Assembly: GCF_963921235.1 (NCBI RefSeq)
Contig: NC_086097.1
Location: 100,938,001-101,002,000 of the forward strand
Origin: Mobula hypostoma
Lineage: Eukaryota
Length of the DNA: 64,000 nt
Reading direction: 5' to 3'
Below are positions 10,715-24,099 of the stretch, piece by piece. The first letter of the stretch is position 1, and each line of letters begins with the position of its first letter. Under the pieces are notes generated by a model. The model was not told the origin of the DNA. It did not search any database and was given only the letters and a program-made list of their open reading frames with translations. Position numbers and translations under genes: made by a program.

Positions 10715-13452
10715 ATAGGATATATACATCCTATCGAAAGGACAGACAGGTGGGCAGAGGGGGTGGGGTGGCTCTGTTGGTGAGGAATGAAATTCAGTCA
10801 CTTGCGAGGGGGGCATAGAATCAGGAGATGTGGAGTCAGTATGGATAGAACTGAGAAACTGTAAGGGCAAAAAGACCATAATGGGAGTTATCTACAGGCC
10901 CCCAAACAGTAGCCTGGATATAGGGTGCAAGTTAAATCAAGAGTTAAAATTGGCGTGTGGCAAAGGTAATACTACGGTTGTTATGGGGGATTTCAATATG
11001 TAGGTAGACTGAGAAAATCAGGTTGGTACTGGACCACAAGAAAGGGAGTTTGTGGAATGCCTTAGAGATGGATTCTTAGAGCAGCTTGTATTAGAGCCTA
11101 CCAAGGAGAAGGCAATTCTGGATTTAGTTTCGTGTAATGAGTCAGATTTGATAAGGGAACTCGAGGTAAAGGAGCCATTAGGAGGTAGTGACCATAATAT
11201 GATAAGTTTTAATCTACAATTTGAGAGGGAGAAGGGAAAGTCGGAAGTGTCAGTATTACAGTTGAACAAAGGGGACTATGGTCCCATGAGGGAGGAGCTG
11301 GCCAAAGATGACTGGAAAGATACCCCAGCAGGGATGACAGTGGAACAACAATGGCAGGTATTTCTGGGAATAATACAGAAGGTGCAGGATCAGTTCATTC
11401 CAAAGAGGAAGGAGGATTCTAACGGGAGTAAGGGGTGACCGTGGATGACAAGGGAAGTCAAGGACAGTATAAAAATAAAAGAGAGGAAGTATAACATAGC
11501 AAGGATGAATGGGAAGCCAGAAGATTGGGAGACTTTTAAGGAGCAACAGAAGATAAACTAAAAAGGCAATACGGGGAGAAAAGATGAGGTACGAAGGTAA
11601 GCTAGCCAAGAATATAAAGGAGGATAGTAAAAGCTTCTTTAGGTATGTGAAGAGGAAAAATAATTAGTTAAGACCAAAGTTGGGCCTTTGAAGACAGAAA
11701 CGGGTGAAATTATTATGGCAGATGAACTGAACAGGTACTTTGGATCTGTCTTCACTAGGGAAGACACAAACAATCTCCCAGATGTAACAGTGGCCAGAGG
11801 ACCTAGGGTAACGGAGGAACTGAAGGAAATTCACATTAGGCAGAAAATGGTGTTGGGTAAGCTGATGGGACTGAAGGCTGATAAATCCCCAGGACCTGAT
11901 GGTCTGCATCCCAGGTTACCTAAGGAGGTGGCTCTAGAAATCGTGGACGCATTGGTAATCATTTTCCAGTGTTCTATAGATTCAGGATCAGTTCCTGCGG
12001 ATTGGAGCTACTGTTATCCCACTTTTTAAGAAAGGAGGGAGAGATAAAACAGGCAATTATAGACCAGTTAGTCTGACATCAGTGGTGGGGAAGATGCTGG
12101 AGTCAATTACAAAAGATGAAATAGCGGCATATTTGGATAGCAGTAGCAGGATAGGTCCGAGTCAGCATGGACTTACGAAGGGAAAGTCATGCTTGACTAA
12201 TCTTTTGGAATTTTTTGAGGATGTAACTATGAAAATGGACATGGGAAAGCCAGTGGATGTAGTGTACCTGGACTTTCAGAAAGCCCTTTGATAAGGTCCA
12301 ACATAGGAGGTTAGTGGGCAAAATTAGAGCACATGGTATTGGGGGTAGGGTACTGACATGGATAGAAAATTGGTTGGCAGACAGGAAACAAAGAGTAGGG
12401 ATTAACGGGTCCTTTTCAGAATGGCAGGCAGTGACTAGTGGGGTACCGCAAGGCTCGGTGCTGGGACCACAGCTATTTACAATATACATGGATGATTTAT
12501 ATGAAGGGATTAAAAGTAACGTTAGCAAATTTGCAGACGACACAAAGCTGGGTGACAGTGTGAAATGTGAGGAGGATGTTATGAGAATGCAGGGTGACTT
12601 GGACAGGTTGGGTGAGTGGGCAGATGCATGGCAGATGCAGTTTAATGTGGATAATTGTGAGGTTATCCACTTTGGTGGCAAGAACAGGAAGGCAGATTAC
12701 TATCTGAATGGTGTCAAGTTAGGAAAAGGGGAAGTACAACAAGATCTGGGTGTCCTTGTTCATCAGTCACTGGAAGTAAGCATACAGGAACAGCAGGCAA
12801 TGAAGAAAGCTAATGGCATGTTGGCCTTCATAACAAGGGGAGTTGAGTATAGGAGCAAAGAGGTCCTTCTGCAGTTGTACAAGGCCCTGGTGAGACCCCA
12901 CCTGGAGTATTGTGTGCAGTTTTGGTCTCCAAATTTGAGGAAGGACATTCTTGCTATGGAGGGAGTGCAGCATAGGTTCACTGGGTTAATTCCAGGGATG
13001 GCAGGAATGTCATATATTGAAAGATTGGAGCGACTGGGCTTGTATACACTGGAATTTAGAAGGATGAGATGGGATCTGATTGAAACATATAAGATTATTA
13101 AGGGACTGGACATGCTAGAGGCAGAAAACATGTTCCCGATGTTTGGGGGAGTCCAGAACCAGAGGCCACAGTTTAAGAATAAGGGGTAGACCATTTAGAG
13201 CGGAGTTGAGGAAAAACTTTTTCACACAGAGGGTTGTGGATCTGTGGAATGCTCTGCCTCAGAAGGCAGTGGAGGCCAATTCTCTGGATTCTTTCAAGAA
13301 AGAGTTAGATAGAGCTCTTAAAGATAGCGGAGTCAAGGGATATGGGGAGAAAGCAGGAACAGGGTACTGATTGTGAATGATCAGCCATGATCACAGTGAA
13401 TGGTGGTGCTAGCTCGAAGGGCCAAGTGGTCTACTCCTGCACCTATTGTCTA
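10715..13452 (+). mobile_element. CR1-type LINE ORF2 (APE endonuclease + RT) with complete 3' end
   Basis: [52 protein letters not shown]; several stops/frameshifts; 3' end CTCCTGCACCTATTGTCTA; flanked by CTGACAC TSD. Confidence 0.95.
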
Positions 13453-13790
13453 CTGACACCAACCTGATTTTCCCAATCCCCTTGCATATTGAAATCCTTC
13501 ACTACAATCGAGTCATTACCCTTATTACATATCTTTTCTAGCTCCCTTTGCAATCTTAACCCCACATCTTGGCTACTATTTGGAGAGCTATATATGATTC
13601 CCATAATTTTTTTTTACCCTTGCAGTTTCTTAACTCCACCCACAAAGATTCAACAGTCTCTGACCCAATATCACCTCTTTCTAAAGATGTAATTCCTTCT
13701 CTTACCACCAGAGCCACACCACCACCTATGCTTTCCTGCCTGTTCTTTTGATACAAAGCATATCCTTTCATGTTAAGCTCCCAACTATGG
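13453..13790 (-). mobile_element. 5' continuation of the CR1 at 997-3382 (endonuclease region)
   Basis: Begins CTGACACCAACCTGATTTTCCC; minus-strand ORF GGGVALVVRE..ESLWVELRN. Confidence 0.8.
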
Positions 13791-14074
13791 CCAAGTCATT
13801 AGGTATATTTAAGGTGGAGCTGATAGGCTTTAGATTGGCCATGGCATCAAAGATTACAGGAAGAAGGGTTGATGAGGGTGGAGAAAAGGATCAGCCCTAA
13901 TTGAATGGTGCAGCAAACTCAATGGGCCAAATGGCCTAATTCTTCTATCTTACGGTCTTAAGGAAAATTGCAGTAAGTTTCTCATCCAAACACACCAGTA
14001 TGATTTGGAACAAACACGCACAATATAGATAACTGCTGATTTTTATCACAGGATCAAAATCTGGACACAATACC

Positions 14075-15095
14075 AACACAACAGGTTTACAGCAGATGCA
14101 ATCTTACTGGCTCTCCACTCAGCTTTGGACTTCCTGGACAATAGCAAAACCCATGTAAGGCTGCTGTTCATGGATTACTGCTTAGCATTCAACATCATCA
14201 CTCCCTCTGTACTAATCAACAAGCTTTAAAACCTGGGTCTCTGCAACTGTATCCTTGACAGAACAGATCAGAAATAACATTTCCTTCTCACTGACAATCA
14301 ATGCCGGCATACCTCAATGACGTGAGCTTAGCCAATGGCTCTACTCTCTCTACACTCATGTCTGTGTGGCTGGTACAGCTCAAATGGCAACTATAAATTC
14401 ACCTATGACACAAGTGTTGGCAGAATCTCGAATGGTGATGAGAATACGTACGGGAGTGAGACAGATCGGCTGATTAAATTAATCCTTGGTCTTCAGAAAG
14501 GGGAAGTTGGGAGCACACACACCAATCCTTATTGAGGGGTCAGCACTAGAAAGGATGAGCAGATTCAAGTTCCTGGGTATTAACATCTCAGAGAGGATCA
14601 CCTACACTTCATCATGTGCTTGAGGATATTTGGTACGTTATCAAAGACTCCAGCAAATTTCTACAGACATACTCTGGAGAGAATTCTGACTGGTTGTATC
14701 AATGCCTGATTTAGTGGCTCCAATGTATAGGAACTGAAAAAAGAATAAGAGGTTTGCCGACTCAGCCAGCTCCATCATGAGCACTAACCCCCCCGTAGCT
14801 TCAAAAGGTAGTGCCTCAAGAAGGCGGCATCTATCGTTAAAGACCCTCACCATCCAGGACATGCCCTGTTCAGATTTCTACCATCAGAGAGGAGGTACAA
14901 GACCCTGAAGATCCATACTCAACATTACAGGACGAGCTTTCCCTCCACCGTCAGATTTCTGAACGGCTCACCACTTTGCTCTCTTTTTAAAAATCTATTT
15001 CCTATTGTAACTTGGTGATTTTTCATGTATTGCACTGTACAGCTGCTGCAAAACAACATTTCACAACATGTATCAGTGAGGGTACACCTGATCTT
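14075..15095 (+). mobile_element. Old, degenerate Rex1/Babar-like LINE 3' region
   Basis: Recognisable remnants (LFMDY..AFN, FKFLG, ESILTGCI, KDPHHPGHALF) paralleling the element at 58365-60265. Confidence 0.7.
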
Positions 15096-15404
15096 GAAAT
15101 GTTTTACATAACAGCATTTACATTGGCTTACTATTGTCGCATGTACCAAGATACAGTGAAAAACTTATACTGCATACTATTTAGACAGACCAAATCATTA
15201 CACGGTGTATTGAGCTGGAATAAGGTAAAACAATAACAATGCAGAATAAAGGTGTAAAACTACTGGACGACTGCAGTCCAGGTGAATGATAAAGTGTAAG
15301 ATCATAATGAGGTAGATTGTAAGGCTGAGAGTCTATTTTATTGTACAAGAGATCCGTTCAAGAGTCTGATAATAGTGGGATAGATGCTTTTCTCGAGCCG
15401 AAAC

Positions 15405-15762
15405 AAAGTTGTTGCCAGACTTGAGGACCTAAGTTATAGGGAAAGGTTAAATAGGTTAGAACTTCATTCCCCAGAGCACAGAAGATTGAAAAGAGATTTG
15501 ATAGAGGTACACAAAATTCTGCGGTTGGGTGATACTAGAACTAGAGATCACGGTTTAAGGGTGAAAGCTGAAAGTTTAAGGGAGCATGAGGAAACATAAG
15601 AGGGTTATGAGAGTGTAGTAGATGCAGGCTCAATTTCAACATTTAAGAAATTTGTATAGATACATGGATGGGATGGCTATGGTCTGAGTGCAGATTAGTG
15701 GTTCAGCACCAACTAGATGGGTCAAGGGCTTGTATCTGTGGTGTACTGTTCGATGTTGCCAT
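15405..15762 (+). mobile_element. CR1 3' fragment
   Basis: LEDLSYRERLNRL..RDLIEVHKI..TRDHGLRV. Confidence 0.8.
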
Positions 15763-16224
15763 GACTCTCGAGTGGGTGGGATTAAGCGCTGCTGCTTTAC
15801 TGAAGCAGCGAGAAGTATAGACAGAGTCCATAGAGGGGAGGCTGGTTCCTGTGCTGTGGGAATACTTCAAAGGACAGATTACAACAGCTCTAAATGCTTT
15901 CTCAAGGTCAATTTACGATGGATAATAAATATAGGCTCTGCCAAAAACTGCTCACGTCGTACAAGGAAAAATATTAACTGGAAAGTAACAACGTTCACTA
16001 ATGAGTTTTAAATAGAAACAGAAAATGCTGGATATGACTCACATGAAAACATTCCATTACAAGATAAATACCCTTATTTGGATTGAAAACAGAAAATCCT
16101 AAGAATATGCAGCTGGTCAAACAATACATGTAAAGAGAACAGAACTTCATATTTTCTTTTACAATGCTGGAGGCTATTTGGCCCATCAAGTCCATGCCAG
16201 CTCAAGCAATCTCATTAGGCCCTT

Positions 16225-19200
16225 CCATAGAACATTACAGCACAGAAACAGGCCTTTTGGCCCTTCTTGGCTGTGCCAAACCATTTTTCTGTCTAGTCCC
16301 ACTGACCTGCACCTGGACCATATCCCTCCATACACCTCTCATCCATGTACCTGTCCAAGTTTTCTTAAATGTTAAAAGTGAGCCCACATTTACCACTTCA
16401 TCTGACAGCTCATTCCACACTCCCACCACTCTCTGTGTGAAGAAGCCCCCCACTAATGTTCCCTTTAAACTTTTCCACCTTCACCCTTAACCCATGTCCT
16501 CTGGTTTTTTTCTCCCCTACCCTCAGTGGAAAAAGCCTGCTTGCATTCACTCTATCTGTACCCATCATAATTTTATATACCTCTATCAAATCTCCCCTCA
16601 TTCTTCTACGCTCCAGGGAATAAAGTTCTAACCTATTCAACCTTTCTCTGTAACTCAGTTTCTCAAGTCCTGGCAACATCCTTGTAAACCTTCTCTGCAC
16701 TCTTTCAACCTTATTAATATCCTTCCTGTAATTTGGTGACCAAAACTGCACACAATACTCCAAATTCGGCCTCACCAATGCCTTATACAACTTCACCATA
16801 ACATTTCAACTCTTATACTCAATACTTTGATTTATAAAGGCCAACGTACCAGAAGCTCTCTTTACGACCCTATCTACCCGTGACGCCACTTTTAGGGAAT
16901 TTTGTATCTGTATTCCCAGATCCCTCTGTTCTGCTGTACTCCTCAGTGCCCTATCATTTACCTTGTATGTTCTACCTTGGTTTGTCCTTCCAAAGTGCAA
17001 TACCTCACACTTGTCTGTATTAAACTCCATCTGCCATTTTTCAGCCCATTTGTCCAGCTGGTCCAAATCCCTCTGCAACCTTTGAAAACCTTCCTCACTG
17101 TCCACTACACCTCCAATCAGCAAATTTGCTGATCCAATTTACCACAATATCATCCAGATCATTGATAGAGATGTCAAATAACAATGGACCCAGGACTGAT
17201 CCCTGTGGCACACCACTAGTCACAGGCCTCCACTCAGAGAAGCAATCCTCCACTACCACTCTCTGGCTTCTTCCATTGAGCCAATGTCTAATCCGATTTA
17301 CTAACTCTCCATGTATACCTAGCGACTTAATCTTCCGAACTAACCTCCCATGCGGGACCTTGTCAAAGGCCTTACTGAAGTCCATGTAGACAACATCCAC
17401 TGCCTTCCCTTCATCCACTTTCCTGGTAACCTCCTTGAAAAAATCTAATAGATTGGTTAAACATGACCTACCATGCACAAAGCCATGTTGACTCTCCCTA
17501 ATAAATCTCTGTATATCCAAATACTTGTAGATCCTATCTCTTAGTAATCCTTCCAATAATTTACCTACTACCAACGTCAAATTTACCAGCCTATAATTTC
17601 CCGGATTACTTTTAGAGCCTTTTTTAAACAACGAAACAACATGAGCTCCAATCCTCCGGCACCTCACCCGTAGATACTGACATTTTAAACATATCTGCCA
17701 GGGCCCCCGCAATTTCAACACTAGTCTCCTTCAAGGTCCAAGGGAATACCCTGTCAAGTCCTGGGGATTTATCTACTCTGATTTGCCTCAAGATAGCAAG
17801 CACCTCCTCCTCCTCAATCTGTATAGGTTCCATAGCCTCCCTACTTGTTTGCCTTATTTCCATAGACTCCATGCCAGTTTCCTTAGTAAATATAGATGCA
17901 AAAAACCCATTTAAGATCTCCCCCATTTCTTTTGGTTCCATATATAGCCGACCACTCTGATCTTCAAGAGGACCAATTTTATCCCTTACTATCCTTTTGC
18001 TCTTAATATACCTGTAGAAGCTCTTTGGATTATCCTTCACCATGACTGCCAAAGCAACCTCATGTCTTCTTTTAGCCCTCCCGATTTCTTCCTTAAGTTT
18101 TTTTTTGCGCTTTTTATACTCTTCAAGCACCTTATTTGCTCCCTGTTTCTTATACATGTCATACATCTCTCTCCTCTTCTTTATCAGAGTTCCAATATCC
18201 CTTGAAAACCAAGGTTCCTTATTCTTATTCACTTTGCCTTTAATCCTGACAGGAACATACAAACTCTGCACTCTCAAAATTTCTCCTTTGAAGGCCTCCC
18301 ACTTACCAATCACATCCTTGCCAGAGAACAACCTGTCGCAATCCATGCTTTTTAGATCCTTTCTCATTTCTTCAAATTTGGCCTTTTTCCAGTTTAGAAC
18401 CTCAACCAGTTTAGGACCAGATCTATCTTTATCCATGATCAAGTTGAAAATAATGGTGTTATGATCACCGGAACCAAAGTGTTCCCCTACACACACTTCC
18501 GTCACCTGTCCTAACTTGTTTCCTAACAGGAGGTCTAATATTGCATCCTCTCTAGCTGGTACTTCTATATATTGATTTAGAAAACTTTCCTGACCACATT
18601 TTAGAAACTCTAACCTGTCTAGACCTTTAACAGTATGGGAGTCCCAATCAATATGTGGAAAATTAAAATCCCCTACTATCACAATTTATGTTTCCTGCAG
18701 TTGTCTGCTATCTCTCTGCAGATTTGCTCCTTCAATTCTCGCTGACTACTGGGTGGTCTATAATACAACCCCATTAATGTGGTCATACCTTTCCTGTTTC
18801 TCAGCTCCACCCATATGGCCTCGGTAGACAAGCCCTCTAATCTGTCCTGCCTGAGCACTGCTGTAACATTTTCCCTGACTAGTAATGCCATCCCCCCACT
18901 CTTTATTCCTCTGCCTCTATCCCATCTGAAACATCGGAACCCTGGAACATTAAGCTGCCAGTCCTGCCCCTCCTGTAGCCAAGTTTCACTAATGTTGTAA
19001 TTCCACGTGTCAATCCATGCTCTCAACTCATCCGCCTTCCCCACAATACTCCCTGCATTGAAATAGATACACCTCAGAAGATTATTACCACCACACACAA
19101 CCCTTCTATTTGTGACTTTGCATGAACTTTTAACATCATTTATTTTCACCCCCGCTCCACTATCTGCTGTGGCACTCTGGTTCCCATTCCCCTGCAAATC

Positions 19201-20405
19201 TAGTTTAAACCCTCCCCAATAGCACTAACAAACCTCCCTGCAAGGATATTGGTCTCCTTGTAGTTCAGCTGTAACCCGTCTCCCTTGTACAGGTCCCACT
19301 TGCCCTAGAAGAGGTCCCAATGATCCTGAAATCTGAAACCCTGCCCCCTACACCAGTCCCTCAGCCACATGGTCATCCGCCAGAGCATCCTACTCTTACC
19401 CTCACTGGCACGTAGCACAGGTAGCAATCCTGAGATTACCACCCTTGAGGTCCTACTTTTTACCTACCTATCAAGCTCTCTATACTCACTCTCCAGGACC
19501 TCCTCACTCTTTCTTCTTACGTCATTGGTACCGATGTGTACCATGACATCTGCTGATCACCCTCCCACTTCAGAATGCTGTGCACGTGATCAGAGACATC
19601 TCTGACCCTGACCCTGGCACCCGGGAGGCAACAAACCATCTGGGAGTCTCTGTCACGATCACAGAACATCCTGTCTGTACCTCTAACTATCGAGTCCCCT
19701 ATCACTACAGCTCTCCTCTTCTTCCACCCTCCCTTCTGAACTACAGAACCAGACTCAGTGCCAGAGATCCGGCTGCCGTAGCTTGTCCCAGTTAAGTCAC
19801 CCCCCCCCCCCCAACAGTATCCAAATCGGTATCCTTGTTGTTGAAGGGAACCCTGCTCTGCCTGCCCTTTCCCCTTCCCTCGCCTGACGGTAACCCAATT
19901 ACCTGTGCGCTGCTCCTTTGGCGTAACTACCTCCCTGAAGCTACTATCTATAAACTCCTCATTCTCCCAAATGATCCGGAGGTCATCCAGCTCCTGCTCC
20001 AGTTCCCTAACATGGTTTGTTAGGAGCTGCAGCTGGATGCACTTCTTGCAGGTGTCATTGTCAGGGAGACCAGAGGTCTCCCTGACTTCCCACATCCTGC
20101 AAGAGGAGCATTCCAACATCCTGACTGGCATTCTCTCTACTCTAAACAAACAAAACAAAACTAAACTTACCGGAACCTACCCTCGCCTCTGCCTGTTTAC
20201 ACCGAAGCCTGTTGAGCCAAAGCCGTCCCACTCTGCTCCCTCTCACTCAGCCACCCGCTGTATATGGTGGTCTTTTTTTTAAACCTTTGGCGCTCTACTT
20301 CACGCACCTGCGCAGTCTAGCCTCTTTTCCCCGAGCAGTGTAAAAAAATGACTTTGCTCCGAGATTCCTTTACTTCTTCACTCTCAGCCTCTTGCTCCCT
20401 CACAT
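16225..20405 (-). mobile_element. Near full-length CR1-type LINE (5' UTR, ORF1 zinc-finger/SGNH esterase, ORF2 APE-RT), inactivated
   Basis: ORF1 CSSCRMW..CKKC, coiled coil and VIGDSIVR (19517-20158); ORF2 [47 protein letters not shown] across several frames. Confidence 0.95.
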
Positions 20406-20489
20406 TTTTTCTTGCAACTTATTCTCTCATATGCCATCAATTCCCCCAGTTTGCCTCACTTTCTTGCGATTTGTCCCACTCACTTACAC

Positions 20490-20692
20490 TCAAGGTAATT
20501 TGCCGTAACCAATTAATCAACCAAACTACTCATCTTTGGTACGTGAGAGAAAATTAGAGCACATGGAGGAAATACACATGGTCACAGGAAGAATATGAAA
20601 ACTCCACACAGACAGCACCAGAGGTCAAGAATGAATGAGGTCACCGGAACAACTCAACAACAACACTAAATGTTGTGCTACCATGTTGCCGA
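20490..20692 (-). mobile_element. tRNA-derived SINE (HE1/V-SINE-like), degenerate
   Basis: Reverse complement contains GCTGTCTGTGTGGAGTTT..TTCTTCCTGTGACCATGTG..TTTCCTCC..TGCTC..CCAAAGATG, resembling the V-SINE core. Confidence 0.7.
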
Positions 20693-21554
20693 GACCTTCT
20701 GGTGAATGATAGTATTTGCAACACATCATTTTTCTCTTTTGGATATTTTGCAACCATATATTTTGTCAGACCAGCTATGTAGCACAATGTCCTCTCAGTT
20801 CATAAAGATAGTGACTTAACTATCAACAGTTGTGTTAAATAGGTCATTCTCTCTTTTAAGATTAATTTGTTATCATTCCTTATGCGGCTGCTTTCAAGAT
20901 ACAGTGCCTTGTAAAAGTATTTAGCCCCTAACCTTTTGTTTACATAAATGAGTATTACAACTGGGGATTTTGATCAATTTAACTGAGAATTTGTATTTGT
21001 GATTCACATGCTTCTTTTTTGAGAGCAGATCCCAAAAAAAAGGAAAATTGTAAAGCATAAAAAAACAAAAAATTCAAAAACTGAAATGTCAGCAGTTCAG
21101 AAGTATTTATCCCCATATTGCTCAGTACGTAATTAAACCACTTCTCACAGATATTATAGTCAGTAATTTTTTTAGATAATTTTCTAATTGGCTTTGTACA
21201 ATGTGATGGAGAAAGGTTTGCCTTTTCCTCTTTGCAAAATTGCTCTAGCCGTGCCAGGTTAGTTGGGGAGCAGTGGTGGACAGAACTCCTACCAGAGATG
21301 TTCAAATGGGTTAAGGGCAGGATTCTGCCTGGACCACTAAACGACATAAATTTTCTTCATCTGAAGCCACTCCATGGTTGCTCAAACAGTGCGCTCAGGG
21401 TCATTGTCCTGCTGAAAGATGAACTTCCTCCCCAGTTTAAGCTTTCTTGCAGAGGCGAGCAGGTTTTTAATCTAGGATCTCTCTGCATTTAGCAGTATTC
21501 ATCAATCTTGACCAGATTCCAGTCCTTACTGCTGAAAAGTATCCCCACAGCATC

Positions 21555-23125
21555 ACACCCCCCATAGAAATTTTCATGTTTTATTATTTTACAACGTTAA
21601 ATCACCGTGGATTTAATTTGTTTTTTTTTACTCTGATTAACAGAAAAAGACTCTTTCGTATCAATGTCACAACAGATCTCTACAAAGTGATCTAAATTCA
21701 TTACAAATATAAAACACAAAATAATTGATTGCATAAATATTCACCCACTTTAATATGACACACGAAATCATCACTGGTGCAGCCAATTGGTTTTAGAAGT
21801 CTCATAATTAGTTAAATGGAGATCACTGTGTGCACTCAATGTGCTTCAATTGATTGTAGTAAAAATACACCTATATCTGGAAGGTCCAACTGCTGGTGAG
21901 TCAATATCCTGACAAAAAACTAACCATGAAGACAAAAGAACGCTCCAAGCAACTTCACCAAAAGTTATTGAAAAGCTCAAATCAGGAGATGGATGCACGA
22001 AAATTTCCAAGTCACTGAATATCAGTTAAGTCAATCATCAACAAATGGAAAGAATATGGCACAGCTGTAAATCTGCCTAGAGCAGGCTGTCCTCAAAAAC
22101 TGAGTGACCATGCAAGAAGGGACTAGTAAGGGAGGCCACCAAGAGATCTATGACAACTCTGCACGAGTTACAAGCTTCAGTGGATGAGATGAGAGAGACT
22201 GCACATACAACAACTGTTGCCCAAGTGCTTTACCAGTCGCAACTTTATGGGAAAGTGGCAAAGAGAAAGCCACTGTTAGAAAAAAAACTCACATGAAATC
22301 TCAGCTAGAGTTTGCCAAAAGGCGGGACTCTGAAGTCAGCTGGAAGAAGGATGAGTTTTTTGACCATCACACTAAACACTGTTTGGCATAAACCAAATAC
22401 TGCACATCATCGAAAACACATCATCCCTACTGTGAAGCATGGTGGTGGCTGGATCACACTGTGAGGATGCTTCACTGCAGCCAGCCCTAGAAGGCTTGTG
22501 AAGGCAGGGGGTAAAGTGAATGCAGCAAAATACAGGGAAATCCTGGAGGAAAACCTGATGCAGACCGCTAGAAAACTGTGACTTGGAAGAAGATCTGTTT
22601 TCCAGTAGGACAATGACCCCAAGCATAAGGCCAGAGCTATACAGGAATGGCTAAAAAGCAACAAAGTTAATGTCCTGGAGTGGCCAAGTCAGAGTCCAGA
22701 CCTCAATCCAATTGAGAATTTGTGGCTGCACTGGAAAAGAGCTGTTCACTCATGATCCCCATGCAATCTGACAGAGCTTGAACAGTTTTGTAAAGAAGAA
22801 TGGGGAAAAATTGCAGTGTCCAGATGTGCAAAGACCTATCTACACAAACTCTGGGCTGTAATTACTGCCAAAGGTGCATCTACTAAATACTGACTTGAAG
22901 GGGTGAGTAATTACGCAATCGACTATTTTGTGTTTAATAACTATAATAAATTTAGGCCAATGTGTATAAATTTGTTTTCACTTTGACACAGTAGTCTTTT
23001 CTGTTTTGCAGTAGTGTCAAAATGCTAAATTAAATCCACCGTGACTTAATGTTGTAAAACAAAAAACATGAAAACTTTCCGGAGGGGGGTGGGATGAGGG
23101 GGCTGAATAATTTTTATGGGCACTG
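21555..23125 (+). mobile_element. Tc1 element (inner) with long ~200-bp inverted repeats, left tip lost
   Basis: Decayed transposase at ~21927-22892 ([38 protein letters not shown]); IRs ~21555-21750 and ~22898-23125 ending GGGCACTG|TA. Confidence 0.9.
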
Positions 23126-23196
23126 TATACAGTATTTCACCTGAGGAAAGTTAGCACAGTAATTACAAAGGGGATAAATATCTTTGTGAGCCTCAT

Positions 23197-23660
23197 AAAG
23201 GGTACAGAGGAGATTTACCAGAATGCTTCCTGGTTTAGAGAGTATGCATTATGATCAGAGATTAAGGGAGCTAGGGCTTTACTCTTTGGAGAGAAGCAGG
23301 ATGAGAGGAGACATGATAGAGGTATACAAGATAATAAGAGGAACAGATAGAGTGGATAAGCCAGCGCCTCTTCCTCAGGGCACCACTGCTCAATACAAGA
23401 GGACATGGCTTTAAGGTAAGGGGTGGGAAGTTCAAGGGGGATATTAGAGGAAGGTTTTTTACTCAGAGAGTGGTTGGTGCGTGGAATGCACTGCCTGAGT
23501 CAGTGGTGGAGGCAGGTACACTAGTGAAGTTTAAGAGACTACTAGACGGGTATATGGAGGAATTTAAGGTGGGGGCTTATATGGGATGCAGGGTTTGAGG
23601 GTCGGCACAACATTGTGGGCCGAAGGGCCTGTACTGTGCTGTACTATTCTATAATTCTAT
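23197..23660 (+). mobile_element. CR1 3' fragment inserted within the outer Tc1
   Basis: LGLYSLERSRMRGDMIEVYKI; tail CTATTCTATAATTCTAT. Confidence 0.88.
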
Positions 23661-24099
23661 AATTTTGGTTTTTAAATTTTAGTAAACTGTTGAAAGGTTT
23701 TGGAATTTTTCTTTGGATTTTACATGATGCACACTACTTTGTAGATCAACTCAAAAAATCCTACTTCAATATACTTTAATTTAGGAAATGAGACAGTAAA
23801 ATGTACCAATAGTTGTGGGGGCTGAATACTTTTTCAAAGCACTGTAGGTGCTATTTTCAAGAAGGAGTGGTGTTGATATACACCATGAACAAGGATGTAA
23901 ACAGCAGATTTAATAGAGGGGTTATTGATAATGGCCTGGAAATACAACAGTGTGTATCAGTATTTTTCCCCACAATAAATGAACGTAGCTTTTACATGGA
24001 AAGTGTTATTGACACTTGCTGGACATCTGCCCAGCACTGGGTTGGGCTCAGCATCTATCATCAGCCTCAGGGGCCAAACTGACCGGCAGGTTGCACCAA

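Larger units (their letters stand above)
20902..23844 (-). mobile_element. Tc1/mariner element (outer), defective
   Basis: TA|CAGTGCCTTGTAAAAGTATTTAGCCCC ... GGGGCTGAATACTTTTTCAAAGCACTG|TA; transposase C-terminal remnants on the minus strand at ~21130-21550 (FQQDNDP, LEQFCKEE). Confidence 0.88.
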
